A stretch of DNA of 64,000 bases from positions 1-64,000 of the forward strand of contig NIVC01000391.1 of assembly GCA_002269645.1 (NCBI GenBank). The letters are read 5' to 3'. A program made the translations under genes and the position numbers. This document shows, piece by piece, positions 1 to 9,661 of this stretch (its first letter is position 1; each line of letters begins with the position of its first letter). Below the pieces are notes generated by a model. The model was not told where the DNA came from. It saw only the letters and a program-made list of their open reading frames with translations, and did no database searches. The DNA is from Macrostomum lignano (Eukaryota).

Positions 1-132
1 CAAAACAAAGTAAACAGGCATGCGCAGGCAAATTCTCAGTCATCAGCTACGCTGAAACAATACATGTTGCTAAAATTCATAAATTATATCGTAGATCTTG
101 TAAGAGAAAAGTGATAAATGCAGTTATTTTAC

Positions 133-195
133 CTGTTTCAGCCTGTCCGTGAGGTTTCTCATCTGGATTTCGTAGGACTCCTCTCTGTCAACTGA
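133..195 (-). CDS. TPM: Tropomyosin exon 7, track B (SVDREESYEIQMRNLTDRLKQ)
   Basis: Acceptor TTGCAG|T, donor CAG|GTAAAA; 63 nt (vertebrate exon 7 length), phase 0 to 0. Exons 8-9 are expected beyond the left edge. Confidence 0.88.
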
Positions 196-654
196 CTGCA
201 AGAAACAAACGAACGATGCGGGTTGGAGGAGGCACGTGCTCAAGCGGAGATTTCTCAGCAACCGGACTGGCGCAGACTGGCACTAACAAAATCTGCTTTC
301 GTATTTTTAATAAAAAATTTCACACCAACCTGTCAGCATGCGGGTTGCAAGCAAACTCGGGAAATTTACGCAGGCAAAAGAAGCGACAGGAAAAAACTCG
401 ATGCAAGATGAGCTGACAGCAGAGTGAACAGAAATCGTCTTGATTGAATAGAAAGCAGGAATGAATCAAATTTCAGCAGTAGAAACTCGATAGCCATTGA
501 TATTGTAATATGAAAAGTTCAGTTTCTGTACGACTAATTGGCAGTGACGGATTCAGATCAGCTGATAGGAAATTTTTTTTTGAAAATTCCAAGACCATTG
601 GTTCATCAGGCTTAGCTCTCAGACCATGTTTGCCATTCGGGTCAATAAGTTCTT

Positions 655-1015
655 TCAATAAGGTTTACCCTTCAGGTCCTTTAGATGTATCTATAAGTTC
701 CTTCAGGTATAACCTTCAGGTCTGTATGCTACAGGTCCTTCAGGTTTATCCTTCAGGTCTGTACGCTTCAGGTCCTTTAGGTTTACATTTCAGGTCTGTA
801 CGCTTCAGGTTTACCCTTCAGGTCTGTACGCTACAGGTCCTTCAGGTTTACCCTTCAGGTTTGTACGCTTCAGGTCCTTCAGGTTTACCCTTCAGGTCTG
901 TACGCTTCAGGTCTACCCTTCAGGTCTGTACGCTACGCTTCAGGTCCAAGGTTTGTACACTTTAGGTCCTTTCGGTTAACTCTTTAGATGCTTCAGGTTT
1001 TGTAAGGCCTTTGAG
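655..1015. repeat. Degenerate CTTCAGGT-based tandem repeat in tropomyosin intron
   Basis: Repeated CTTCAGGT(CTGTACG/TTACC) units. Confidence 0.8.
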
Positions 1016-1180
1016 GTAATCTTTCTACTGGACTTTAACTACTTTTATAGAGTAAAATTTCTCTAGTGCAACATTGCCCATAGGAGTTGGAGAGCCAGCA
1101 GCTCCTGGATCCGCCACTGCCACACTAAAAGTACACAATGAACTGCATAAGCCACAGGCCCGACGGCCCGCGCCGCTTAC

Positions 1181-1319
1181 AGCCTTGAGCCGGTCTGTGA
1201 GCTCCCGGATGGTCTCTCTCGTAGGACTCCTCGCGCTGGGCGCCTCCTGCTCGGAGACCTCGAGCGACTTCATGTTGCTTCCGACAACGCGCAGCTCCTC
1301 CTCCAGCTCCAGAATTTTG
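1181..1319 (-). CDS. TPM: Tropomyosin fused exon 6+7, track A ([26 protein letters not shown]...[12 protein letters not shown])
   Basis: Acceptor CTGTAG|C, donor GCT|GTAAGC; 139 nt = 76+63; phase 2 to 0; contains an apparent compensating -1/+1 indel pair around 1213-1241. Confidence 0.9.
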
Positions 1320-1429
1320 CTACAGTTGTCGGTTTGCTGCTTTTAGCGTTGCTGGCTGACGGTTATTATGCATGGATGCGACGGGACTGGGCAGGTGGGT
1401 AAGCGGGACCTCGAGAAGGTCAATGAAGG

Positions 1430-1800
1430 TCAATGGGTTACGTAGATCGTAGGAGTAACTTAGACCACAAGGTTCAAGTGAATCATAAGGGTAGCCCAGG
1501 TTGAAGGGCCACGTAGGTCATAAATTCAAAATCATAGTCATGTGGTCATAAGAAAGTGGGGTCATATGGTCAAAAAATCATGGGCATGGGTTCATAAGGT
1601 CATAAGGTATAGGCTCATAAGGTTACGGGGTCATAATATAATAGGTCATAAGGCTATAGGGTCATAGTTTCATGAGGTCATAAGTGTCATAGGTTCATAG
1701 GATCATAGGGTCATGGTCATAGGTTCATGGGTTTATGGGGTCATAGGTTCATAGGGTCATGAGGTCATAAGGCCCTGGGATCATAAGGTGATAGGGTCAA
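1430..1800. repeat. Degenerate GGTCATA-based repeat (copy 1)
   Basis: Many GGTCATAA/GGTCATAG cores with variable spacing. Confidence 0.75.
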
Positions 1801-2177
1801 ATGATTTCACGCAATGCTAACACGCACATGTGAGCAACAGCAAAAAAAAATTACACCAAAGAGAAGCGAGAACAGCAAAAAAGGGCACAAATCCCAGAAA
1901 ATGCAAAAGTGCCGGGGACAAGCGAAAAAGAAAACGCGCGCATGCTGACAGGTGAGTAAATTTTAGTAAACAAATAAGAACCAATCATACTCATCAATAA
2001 GTTTTGACAGTGCGTCCATAGGGTTGCGTCGATTTTTTTCACCTAAGATTATAATAAATGCTAGAACCCTTCTTAAACTATAAGAGTATACGCTCGTAAT
2101 AGTAGAACTAGATAAGATCAACGCTACTCATAGTAGTAGACCGTCTAGAATGAGAACATATCCATATTTCTGTTCAC

Positions 2178-2324
2178 CTGGGCCTCGCTGGCCTCCAGCG
2201 ATCGGAGGCTGTGGCCAAGGCGCTGCAGCTCCTCCTGCAGCTCCTTGGCGCGCCGCTCGCTAGCCTCGGCGCGGGATTCGGCACGCTCGAGCTCGGACTC
2301 CGTCATGCGCTGCTTACGGCTCAC
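2178..2324 (-). CDS. TPM: Tropomyosin fused exon 5+6, track B (VSRKQRMTESELERAESRAEASERRAKELQEELQRLGHSLRSLEASEAQ)
   Basis: Acceptor CGTCAG|G, donor CAG|GTGAAC; 147 nt = 71+76; phase 0 to 0; aligns to residues 165-213. Confidence 0.88.
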
Positions 2325-2619
2325 CTGACGCCGGAACCGGATGTGGTTCGAGCATTTCGTTACTCAGGGGTCAATGTACTAATTAGAGGAAATTTTTTTG
2401 AAGGCTCAGTTTTGCTACACAGCAGCGCGAGACTCGATGGCTTGCGAACAAGCGGAGTCTGTGCAGCACAATTGTTGGTCAATAACGTAAGTTAAGCAGC
2501 CTTAGCCGCGGTTAGTTCGCAGCTGAGAAGGCTTGCGTTACTCGCAATCAAAGGCAGCCACTGAGTTAATAAGCTGGGTTCTAATTAACCCTGCCGCGAT
2601 AGAGCAGGTAGCTTGAGGT

Positions 2620-3095
2620 CGTGCAGTGATAAGGTCATAGGGTCAAAGGGACTTTAAGATCGTAGGTTCATTAGGGTCACAAGGTCATAGAGTCATTAGG
2701 TCATAATACAATAAAGTGATAAGGTCATGGAATACCGGTAATTGGGTCATAAGGTCACGGGTCATAAGATCATGGAGTCAGCCATAAGGTTATAAGGTCA
2801 CGGGTCATAAGATCATGGAGTCAGTCATAAGGTTATAAGGTCACGGGTCATAAGATCATGGAGTCAGTCATAAGGTTATAAGGTCACTGAGTCAGTAGGT
2901 CATACTCATAAGGACAAGGAGTCATTGGGTTGGGTCATAAGTTCATGGAGTCAAAAGGTCATAAGGACACGGGGGTCATTGGGTCATAAACTCATGGAGC
3001 CATTGGGTTAAAATTTCATGGAATCATTAGGTCATAAGGTCACGGAGTAATTGGGTCACAAGTTCATAGAGTCAATAGGTTATTAGGTCAAAATA
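2620..3095. repeat. Degenerate GGTCATA-based repeat (copy 2)
   Basis: Same core as 1430-1800, with a local triplication of GGTCACGGGTCATAAGATCATGGAGTCAG. Confidence 0.75.
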
Positions 3096-3884
3096 TTCAG
3101 ACAAATGAATGGAATATTCAGTATATGAATATTTTCTACTAATTTTTTTTCTACTAATATTTTCTACTAACATGAAAATTTTATCTCGCGAATGCATTAC
3201 TGAACAAAATTGAGCCTTCAAAACATTTGTATCTAACAACTAGTGGTCATTGACATTACTTTTGTTATCTAAGCCAGACTTCTTAAGTCAACTTTAGAAA
3301 TCTAGCAACCAGAAGTGGCCAAAATTAACTACAAAACCCATTTAAATTGGACTTGCTAGATCAACAATAACTAGTCTCCAGTTGACTTCACCAACTTTAA
3401 GCGCAGAGTGCCAAGAGATACGCACCAAATATACACAGCATTAGCATTCGCGCTGCACACAACTACAACGCAAGCCGCATACCAAAACACAACGGAGAAA
3501 ATGCAGACGCATAAGTTAGTATCAATAGCAGTCGCGCCAGACCAGAAGGCCCCGACTGTGTTGCCAGCAAGGCAGGAGGCGGGAAACTGCGCAGCGCACA
3601 CGCTGACACCCCGCCCGCCCCCTTCACTGGCCCGCATCTTGGACCAGAACCCAAACTTTCACTGGCACGCAGGCTCTGGCTGATGTTAATACATGAGAAA
3701 TTCTAACGAAATTCTATTTCCGTACGTTCAAGTTACTGCTTGATTGGCGACCACGCTATTAGACCGAAAACATCCTTTAAATAAAGCATTTAGCATAGGC
3801 GATTTCAAATCCAACTAGACCTGTCTACTGCGTGTCACAATCGATCTAAAACCTTCGTTATCTAAATTTAGCAATGAAACCTAC

Positions 3885-4565
3885 CCCTCTCAGCCCCTAC
3901 CTCACTCCACACTGAACAGCAACCCTCAATTTTCCTACCCCTCCCCAGCCCTACCTCACTCCGAACTGGACAGCGACCCTCAATTTTCCTACCCCTCCCC
4001 AGCCCCACCTCACTCCGAACTGGACAGCGACCCTCAATTTTCCTACCCCTCCCCAGCCCCACCTCACTCCGAACTGGACAGCGACCCTCAATTTTCCTAC
4101 CCCTCCCCAGCCCCACCTCACTCCGAACTGGACAGCGACCCTCAATTTTCCTACCCCTCCCCAGCCCCACCTCACTCAAAACTGGACAGCGACCCTCAAT
4201 TTTCCTACCCCTCCCCAGCCCCACCTCACTCCGAACTGGACAGCGACCCTCAATTTTCCTACCCCTCCCCAGCCCCACCTCACTCCGAACTGGACAGCGA
4301 CCCTCAATTTTCCTACCCCTCCCCAGCCCCACCTCACTCCGAACTGGACAGCGACCCTCAATTTTCCTACCCCTCCCCAGCCCCACCTCACTCCGAACTG
4401 GACAGCGACCCTCAATTTTCCTACCCCTCCCCAGCCCCACCTCACTCCGAACTGGACAGCGACCCTCAATTTTCCTACCCCTCCCCAGCCCCCACCTCAC
4501 TCCAAACTTAACAACCATATCTTAATTTTCCTACCCCTCCTCAGCCCTCACCTCGCTCCCCATTG
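3885..4565. repeat. 54-bp minisatellite (~12 copies), G-rich on the minus strand
   Basis: Unit CTCACTCCGAACTGGACAGCGACCCTCAATTTTCCTACCCCTCCCCAGCCCCAC; 18-aa periodic ORFs in the track. Confidence 0.95.
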
Positions 4566-4741
4566 AACAGCCACCCCTCAATTGTACAACCCCTACAAGC
4601 CCAACCTCACTGAATCAATAACAGCCAAATTTCTAGCATGCAAACACAGCAAAATCATGCAGGTAATCAATGCCATGAGACAAAGTCGCACAGCCTTCTT
4701 CAATCCAATTCAGTCTCATCGCAATTTCCAGTCTAAAAAAC

Positions 4742-4930
4742 CTTTCGGCAGTCTCCAGCCGAGAGTCGACCCGACCAAGGTCAACCTCGGAGATGGCCAG
4801 CCTGCGGGCGGCCTCGTCGTACTTTCTGTCAGCATCTTCGGCGATGAACTTGGCCTCTTTCAGCTGCTCTTCGAGCGAGCTGAGCCGCTCATCGGTAGCG
4901 AAAGAGGCGGTCTCCAGCAGCTTGCGGGCG
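4742..4930 (-). CDS. TPM: Tropomyosin fused exon 4+5, track A ([63 protein letters not shown])
   Basis: Acceptor GTCCAG|C, donor AG|GTTTTT; 189 nt = 118+71; phase 2 to 2; contains the conserved [10 protein letters not shown] motif. Confidence 0.93.
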
Positions 4931-5157
4931 CTGGACAGTCAGTTTGATTTGAATCAGTCAGTCAGCCAATTTTTTCAGTTCAATGCGACTCGCACAGTCA
5001 TTCAAGCGTCACTTGGACGAAATGAGAAAAAAATCAGCAACGCTTAAGTCAAACGACCCCAAGACAGCGAAAAAAGTAAAATTAGCCTTAAAAGAACGCC
5101 TACTGAAAACCTGGAGTCGGGTGGAAAATTATCGAACAAACAATTGGCGGCCGCTAC

Positions 5158-5275
5158 CTCCTCAAATTTCCGTTCGGCCTCGGCGGCGGCCTGCATTGAG
5201 TCCCGGTACCGCTGCTCGTGCTCGGCCGCTTCTATCTCCACCTTGCTGAGATTGGTCTCCATCACCTTGCGAGAC
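5158..5275 (-). CDS. TPM: Tropomyosin exon 4, track B (SRKVMETNLSKVEIEAAEHEQRYRDSMQAAAEAERKFEE)
   Basis: Acceptor TCAAG|G, donor GAG|GTAGCG; 118 nt (vertebrate exon 4 length), phase 2 to 0; divergent but alignable to residues 125-164. Confidence 0.85.
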
Positions 5276-5390
5276 CTTGACGACAATGATGGTGGCAAAA
5301 TGCTAAAATTTACTCCTGTTGGGCTCAATTTTGCATAGATTGTTCAATAGGGGCTCAAAATGCTTCGGGGAGAAGCATGCGCGCATGCAA

Positions 5391-5534
5391 AAGGCACTAA
5401 AGTGCACAAGGCACTAAAGTGCACAAGGCACTAAAGTGCACAAGGCACTAAAGTGCACAAGGCACTAAAGTGCACAAGGCACTAAAGTGCACAAGGCACT
5501 AAAGTGCACAAGGCACTAAAGTGCACAAGGCACT
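5391..5534. repeat. 17-bp minisatellite (~8 copies)
   Basis: Unit AAGGCACTAAAGTGCAC, perfect copies. Confidence 0.95.
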
Positions 5535-5853
5535 ATATTTTTGTAAACGAAAGCAACTTAGACTCTTATACAAAATCTAAAAAGTTAAATTCATAACGAG
5601 ATGCAATGAAAAACAAGATTTTTTACGAAATAAGAGGTAAACAGGTTCGACTAAAACTGGTAGGACTACTAGGTGTTGTTATTAATTTTACTATAATTAG
5701 AAAATGCTAAACGTTGCATACAAAGTAGTGTTTCCTAAATCTTCTTTTCAATCTTTAACCAGTTTGTCTGCCAACTCTTTGCCAGGCTCCATATGGATGG
5801 ATCAGCACAGGCAGATAAAATTGCAAAGCAAAAACTTGTGCTTACAGTTACTA

Positions 5854-6272
5854 GGGGCGCCAAAGTTGCTGTGGGGCCGTGGGGGGGGGGGGCGCCAAGG
5901 CCAAAGCTGCTGATAGGGAGGGGGCGCCAAAGCTGCTGATAGGGAGGGGCGCCAAAGCTGCTGATAGGGAGGGGGCGCCAAAGCTGCTGATAGGGAGGGG
6001 CGCCAAAGCTGCTGATAGGAAGGGGCGCCAAAGCTGCTGATAGGGAGGGGGCGCCAAAGCTGCTGATAGGGAGGGGGCGCCAAAGCTGCTGTGGGGGGGG
6101 CGCCAAGGCCAAAGCTGCTGATAGGGAGGGGGCGCCAAAGCTGCTGATAGGGAGGGGGCGCCAAAGCTGCTGATAGGGAGGGGCGCCAAAGCTGCTGTGA
6201 GGGGGCGCCAAGGCCAAAGCTGCTGATAGGGAGGGGGCGCCAAAGCTGCTGATAGGGAGGGGCGCCAAAGCT
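5854..6272. repeat. 25-26-bp minisatellite
   Basis: Unit GGCGCCAAAGCTGCTGATAGGGAGG(G). Confidence 0.9.
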
Positions 6273-6350
6273 ACTGCTGTGAGCAACTCTATCTGCCCTA
6301 TCGTGCCAAACTATAGCATTCAGAGCTCAAAGCAATGGCCAAGCTCTCAC

Positions 6351-6484
6351 CGCTCGCTCTCATCAGCCAGTTTGCTGGCCTGCTCAAGCTTCGATGTGAC
6401 CTCCTGCCGCCTGCTCTCGGTCTGCTCCAGGTCCTCCTCTAGCAGTCGGATTCGCCTGGTCAGAGCCTGCACCTCAGCCTCGGC
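6351..6484 (-). CDS. TPM: Tropomyosin exon 3, common ([45 protein letters not shown])
   Basis: Acceptor CCTCAG|G, donor CG|GTGAGA, 134 nt (same length as vertebrate TPM exon 3). Confidence 0.96.
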
Positions 6485-8730
6485 CTGAGGTGGCAAAATT
6501 ACATAGTGAATTAATGGATAAAACTATTGCTTGAATTGAACTTTGAACTTTCGTAAAGCTGCTAAAGCTGGTCAACTCAATGGAAAAAGTTAGGAAAGGC
6601 CAGGACCCAACTCTAACTCATAAATAATTTCTGCAACTTAACAATGCAAAAGTTAGTTTGATTGCCAATACTTTAATCAAGTTGAGTTTTTATCAAGTAG
6701 AATTGATATTAATATATAAATGATCCTAAGATTAGGACTCATATTCAAATATAGTTAATAAAGCCTATCAATTTGATAATTCTTAAAAAATTGCCCTCGC
6801 TATAGAAAAATTTCTATAGCTACTCATTTAAAAATCAAGGGCATTGAAATATATATTAAGACCACTGTACTGTGGCTTCCGATTCCACGCCATATATTGT
6901 CTGTAAAACATAATGGAAATGGAAGCTCTCTTACCCTTATTAAAATTAATTTTTAGTGCCACACCCCCTTACCTTTGGTTTATGATCATTTTCACATCTG
7001 CACTCCATTGAAATGATTGCAAACCAAAGCTGGCAATACCTTTCTGCTTCATGGACTTTCAATTTTGCATATTTTTTCATTAGTCAGTTTTGAACACAAA
7101 TGAGTAGCAGTTTGAGTATTTGACATATTTTTCTTTAGCCAGCTTTGGTTTACAATCATTTAATGAGAAACATACATTTGGGTGATCATAAAGTGAGGTG
7201 ATATATAAGCTATTAGCAAACTGATGTTTGAAAACATTTGATATTTTTAAAATTATTTGATATAAACATTTTTATATAGTGATTATCATTATTTGAAGTA
7301 GTTATAAACCAAAGGATTGCCAACAAAACCAATAAAATACATTAGGGCCTATTTAACAACTTAATAGTCTAGTTCAATAGTAGACCTAGAGGAAAAGGCC
7401 ACTAGGGCCATGCCTCTTTAGTTATAACAAAAAATTTGTTATATTATACCTTTTGATAGATAAAATATATAAGTTTATTTTCTAATATTGGGTTATAAAT
7501 ACTTGGTATAACTTGCCCCCCTCAAAATTTTTCTTAGTCTGTCTTTGGTTGTCATTTTAAAAAAAAGATAATGTGATATAGGCCTAGATTCTTTTTTCTA
7601 AATATATTATTACTATTTATAATTATAAAATAGCACATTTTCAAAATAGCAGGCAATGGCTAGCTTTGCTGAAATAGCTGTTATAAATTGTGGTAGACCA
7701 AAATAATAATGTAACTGGGTGCTGACCAATTCAGGGACAAACAAATTCGGTGACAGAGATTCACCATAGACAAATTTGGCCAAAGCAAATTTGGCAACAA
7801 TCTTGTCAAATTCAGCAATAGAATAATTCTGTATAATTTTATTAATTATTTTGGTACAATGATATCGATCATGCATATTAGCTTTCTTTTTAAATTGAGT
7901 TTGTTTTATCTATTATTTATCCTAAAATTTAATTCAATTATGCTTACCAATAAATGTTTGTTTAGGCCTGATTCTTGAAGAGATACGCAATGCCTTTGAT
8001 ACAATATTTTCTATCAAAGGTCATGCATACAAGAGTTTAGTGGCTAGAGTCTCAAGGCACTTGCCACAGAAATCTAAATTTATATAGTGTATATGTACAA
8101 TAATTATATCAATTGACAATACTTCTATTCTGATATTTTCTGTATTTTTCTAAGTTAACTAACTAACTTCTACTTAGCTAACTTAACTATGTATACCTTA
8201 TAGTCATATGTCCTTAAGTTAAAGTCATATGTTGTACTATTAACAAAGGGGGTGGGGGTTGGTCTGGTCAGACAACAGATAGCTTATATCTGAAGCCTTG
8301 GTTGCAGTCAATAATTCCTTGACTGATTTAAAAATGACTTGTCACCAAATTTGCCTAAATTTTTGCCAACTGCCAAATTTGCTTTTGCCAAATTTGTCTG
8401 TGTTAATTCTGTTGCTGAATTTGTATGCATCCACTTAGGCCTAGCAACATAAGTCACCGACACCATTTGACTTTGTCTTTTGACAAAAATAGGAAACAAA
8501 AACAAACAAATTAAAGATTTTTATAGCTTAATTCTGGATAATTTGGGAACCTGGAGTCACATTTTAAGTCAAAACCAAGCTGCATGGCTGATGTAATTTC
8601 AGAGGTTGCATTTGCAAATGTATGGCTATTGGCTTATTATGGCTTATTAAGGTTTACTTTTATAATTATTTAGTTAGTTATCTTATCTTCATAATTAATA
8701 TTCTGAAGCTTTGACTAAGTAAAAGCATAC

Positions 8731-8883
8731 CTGTGCTCGCAAATGAACTTCTTCCTTCAATGCAGCCTCTTTTTTAGAAAGCTCCTCTGTAACTTTATCG
8801 AGCTCATTTCTCAAACTTGTCATCTTGTTTTTAAGTGTTGCCAAAATGTTCTGGCCTTGACCCTGGTCCTTATTCGAAGACAT
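8731..8883 (-). CDS. TPM: Tropomyosin alternative first exon 1b (short/cytoskeletal-type N-terminus, MSSNKDQGQGQNILATLKNKMTSLRNELDKVTEELSKKEAALKEEVHLRAQ)
   Basis: 51 codons from ATG to phase-0 donor CAG|GTATGC; lies between exon 2 and exon 3 as exon 1b does in other animal tropomyosin genes; LKNKMTSLRNE resembles short-isoform N-termini. Confidence 0.8.
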
Positions 8884-9174
8884 AATCAAATCAGTTAACA
8901 CTGTATTTAAATTTCTAAGTAGGCCTAGTTCTTAGGAAAAAGTTATTTAAATCCAGTGTAAATGAGCTCAAACAAAGGCACTAAGACAAGTGGTAAAGGT
9001 TATTAAATTTACTATTAAGTGTCGTTAGCTAATTCACAAATTCGATTTTTTTCTATGAAACGCATTTTTTATCAAAATTCAAATGCCTCCTTTCGAAATA
9101 AACAAATAGATACATTTATTAGATATTTTTGCAGGATTTCAGCTGCACTAAAATACATAAAATAGGAAACTTAC

Positions 9175-9352
9175 GTTGCTAGCTCGCTTTTCGGTCTCGT
9201 CCAAATTGGTGGTAGCTGCAGCTAATGTATCCTGCGCTTCGTCAACATTAATTTGCAATTGCTTTAATTTATTCTGAAACTCGCCCATCTCTTCTTCCTT
9301 CTTGTTCATTTCAGCTTCCTTTTCCTTTAGCTTTTCTTCCAGCTGGGTAGCT
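9175..9352 (-). CDS. TPM: Tropomyosin exon 2 (residues ~21-80, ATQLEEKLKEKE...LDETEKRASN)
   Basis: Acceptor TTTTAG|A, donor AAC|GTAAGT, 178 nt; heptad coiled-coil; brings the long isoform to exactly 80 aa before AEAEV. Confidence 0.93.
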
Positions 9353-9599
9353 CTAAAATTTTTGAGTTGAATCCATCGGTGAGTGGGGCTTTATCGACAT
9401 CTTAAACAATGCTTGCAAATTTGAATTCGAATTGTGTCGAATTCTGAGCTGGTATTCGTTCAGCATCGCAATCATGCTCAAAATGTATTTGAAAACCCAT
9501 GAAAGCAATCAGTGATGAAAGCAAATTCCTCATTATAATTTAAATACCATTGAAATATCAAACTCAAGTGCAATTTTCTGGTTCATCATGCAAACTTAC

Positions 9600-9661
9600 T
9601 TTTCTCCAGCACTCTCACGCTCGTGCTTCATCACCAGCATCTTCTTCTTGATGGCGTCCAT
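9600..9661 (-). CDS. TPM: Tropomyosin exon 1a (long/muscle-type N-terminus, MDAIKKKMLVMKHERESAGEK)
   Basis: Canonical tropomyosin start MDAIKKKM; 62 nt ending phase 2 at donor AA|GTAAGT, frame-compatible with the exon at 9175-9352. Confidence 0.95.

Noticed and set aside
1-53. Acceptor-like TTGTTTCAG followed by CGT AGC TGA, which would truncate tropomyosin after exon 7B
   Set aside because: Could be a chance AG; normal exon 8 is expected beyond the window and nothing here supports use.
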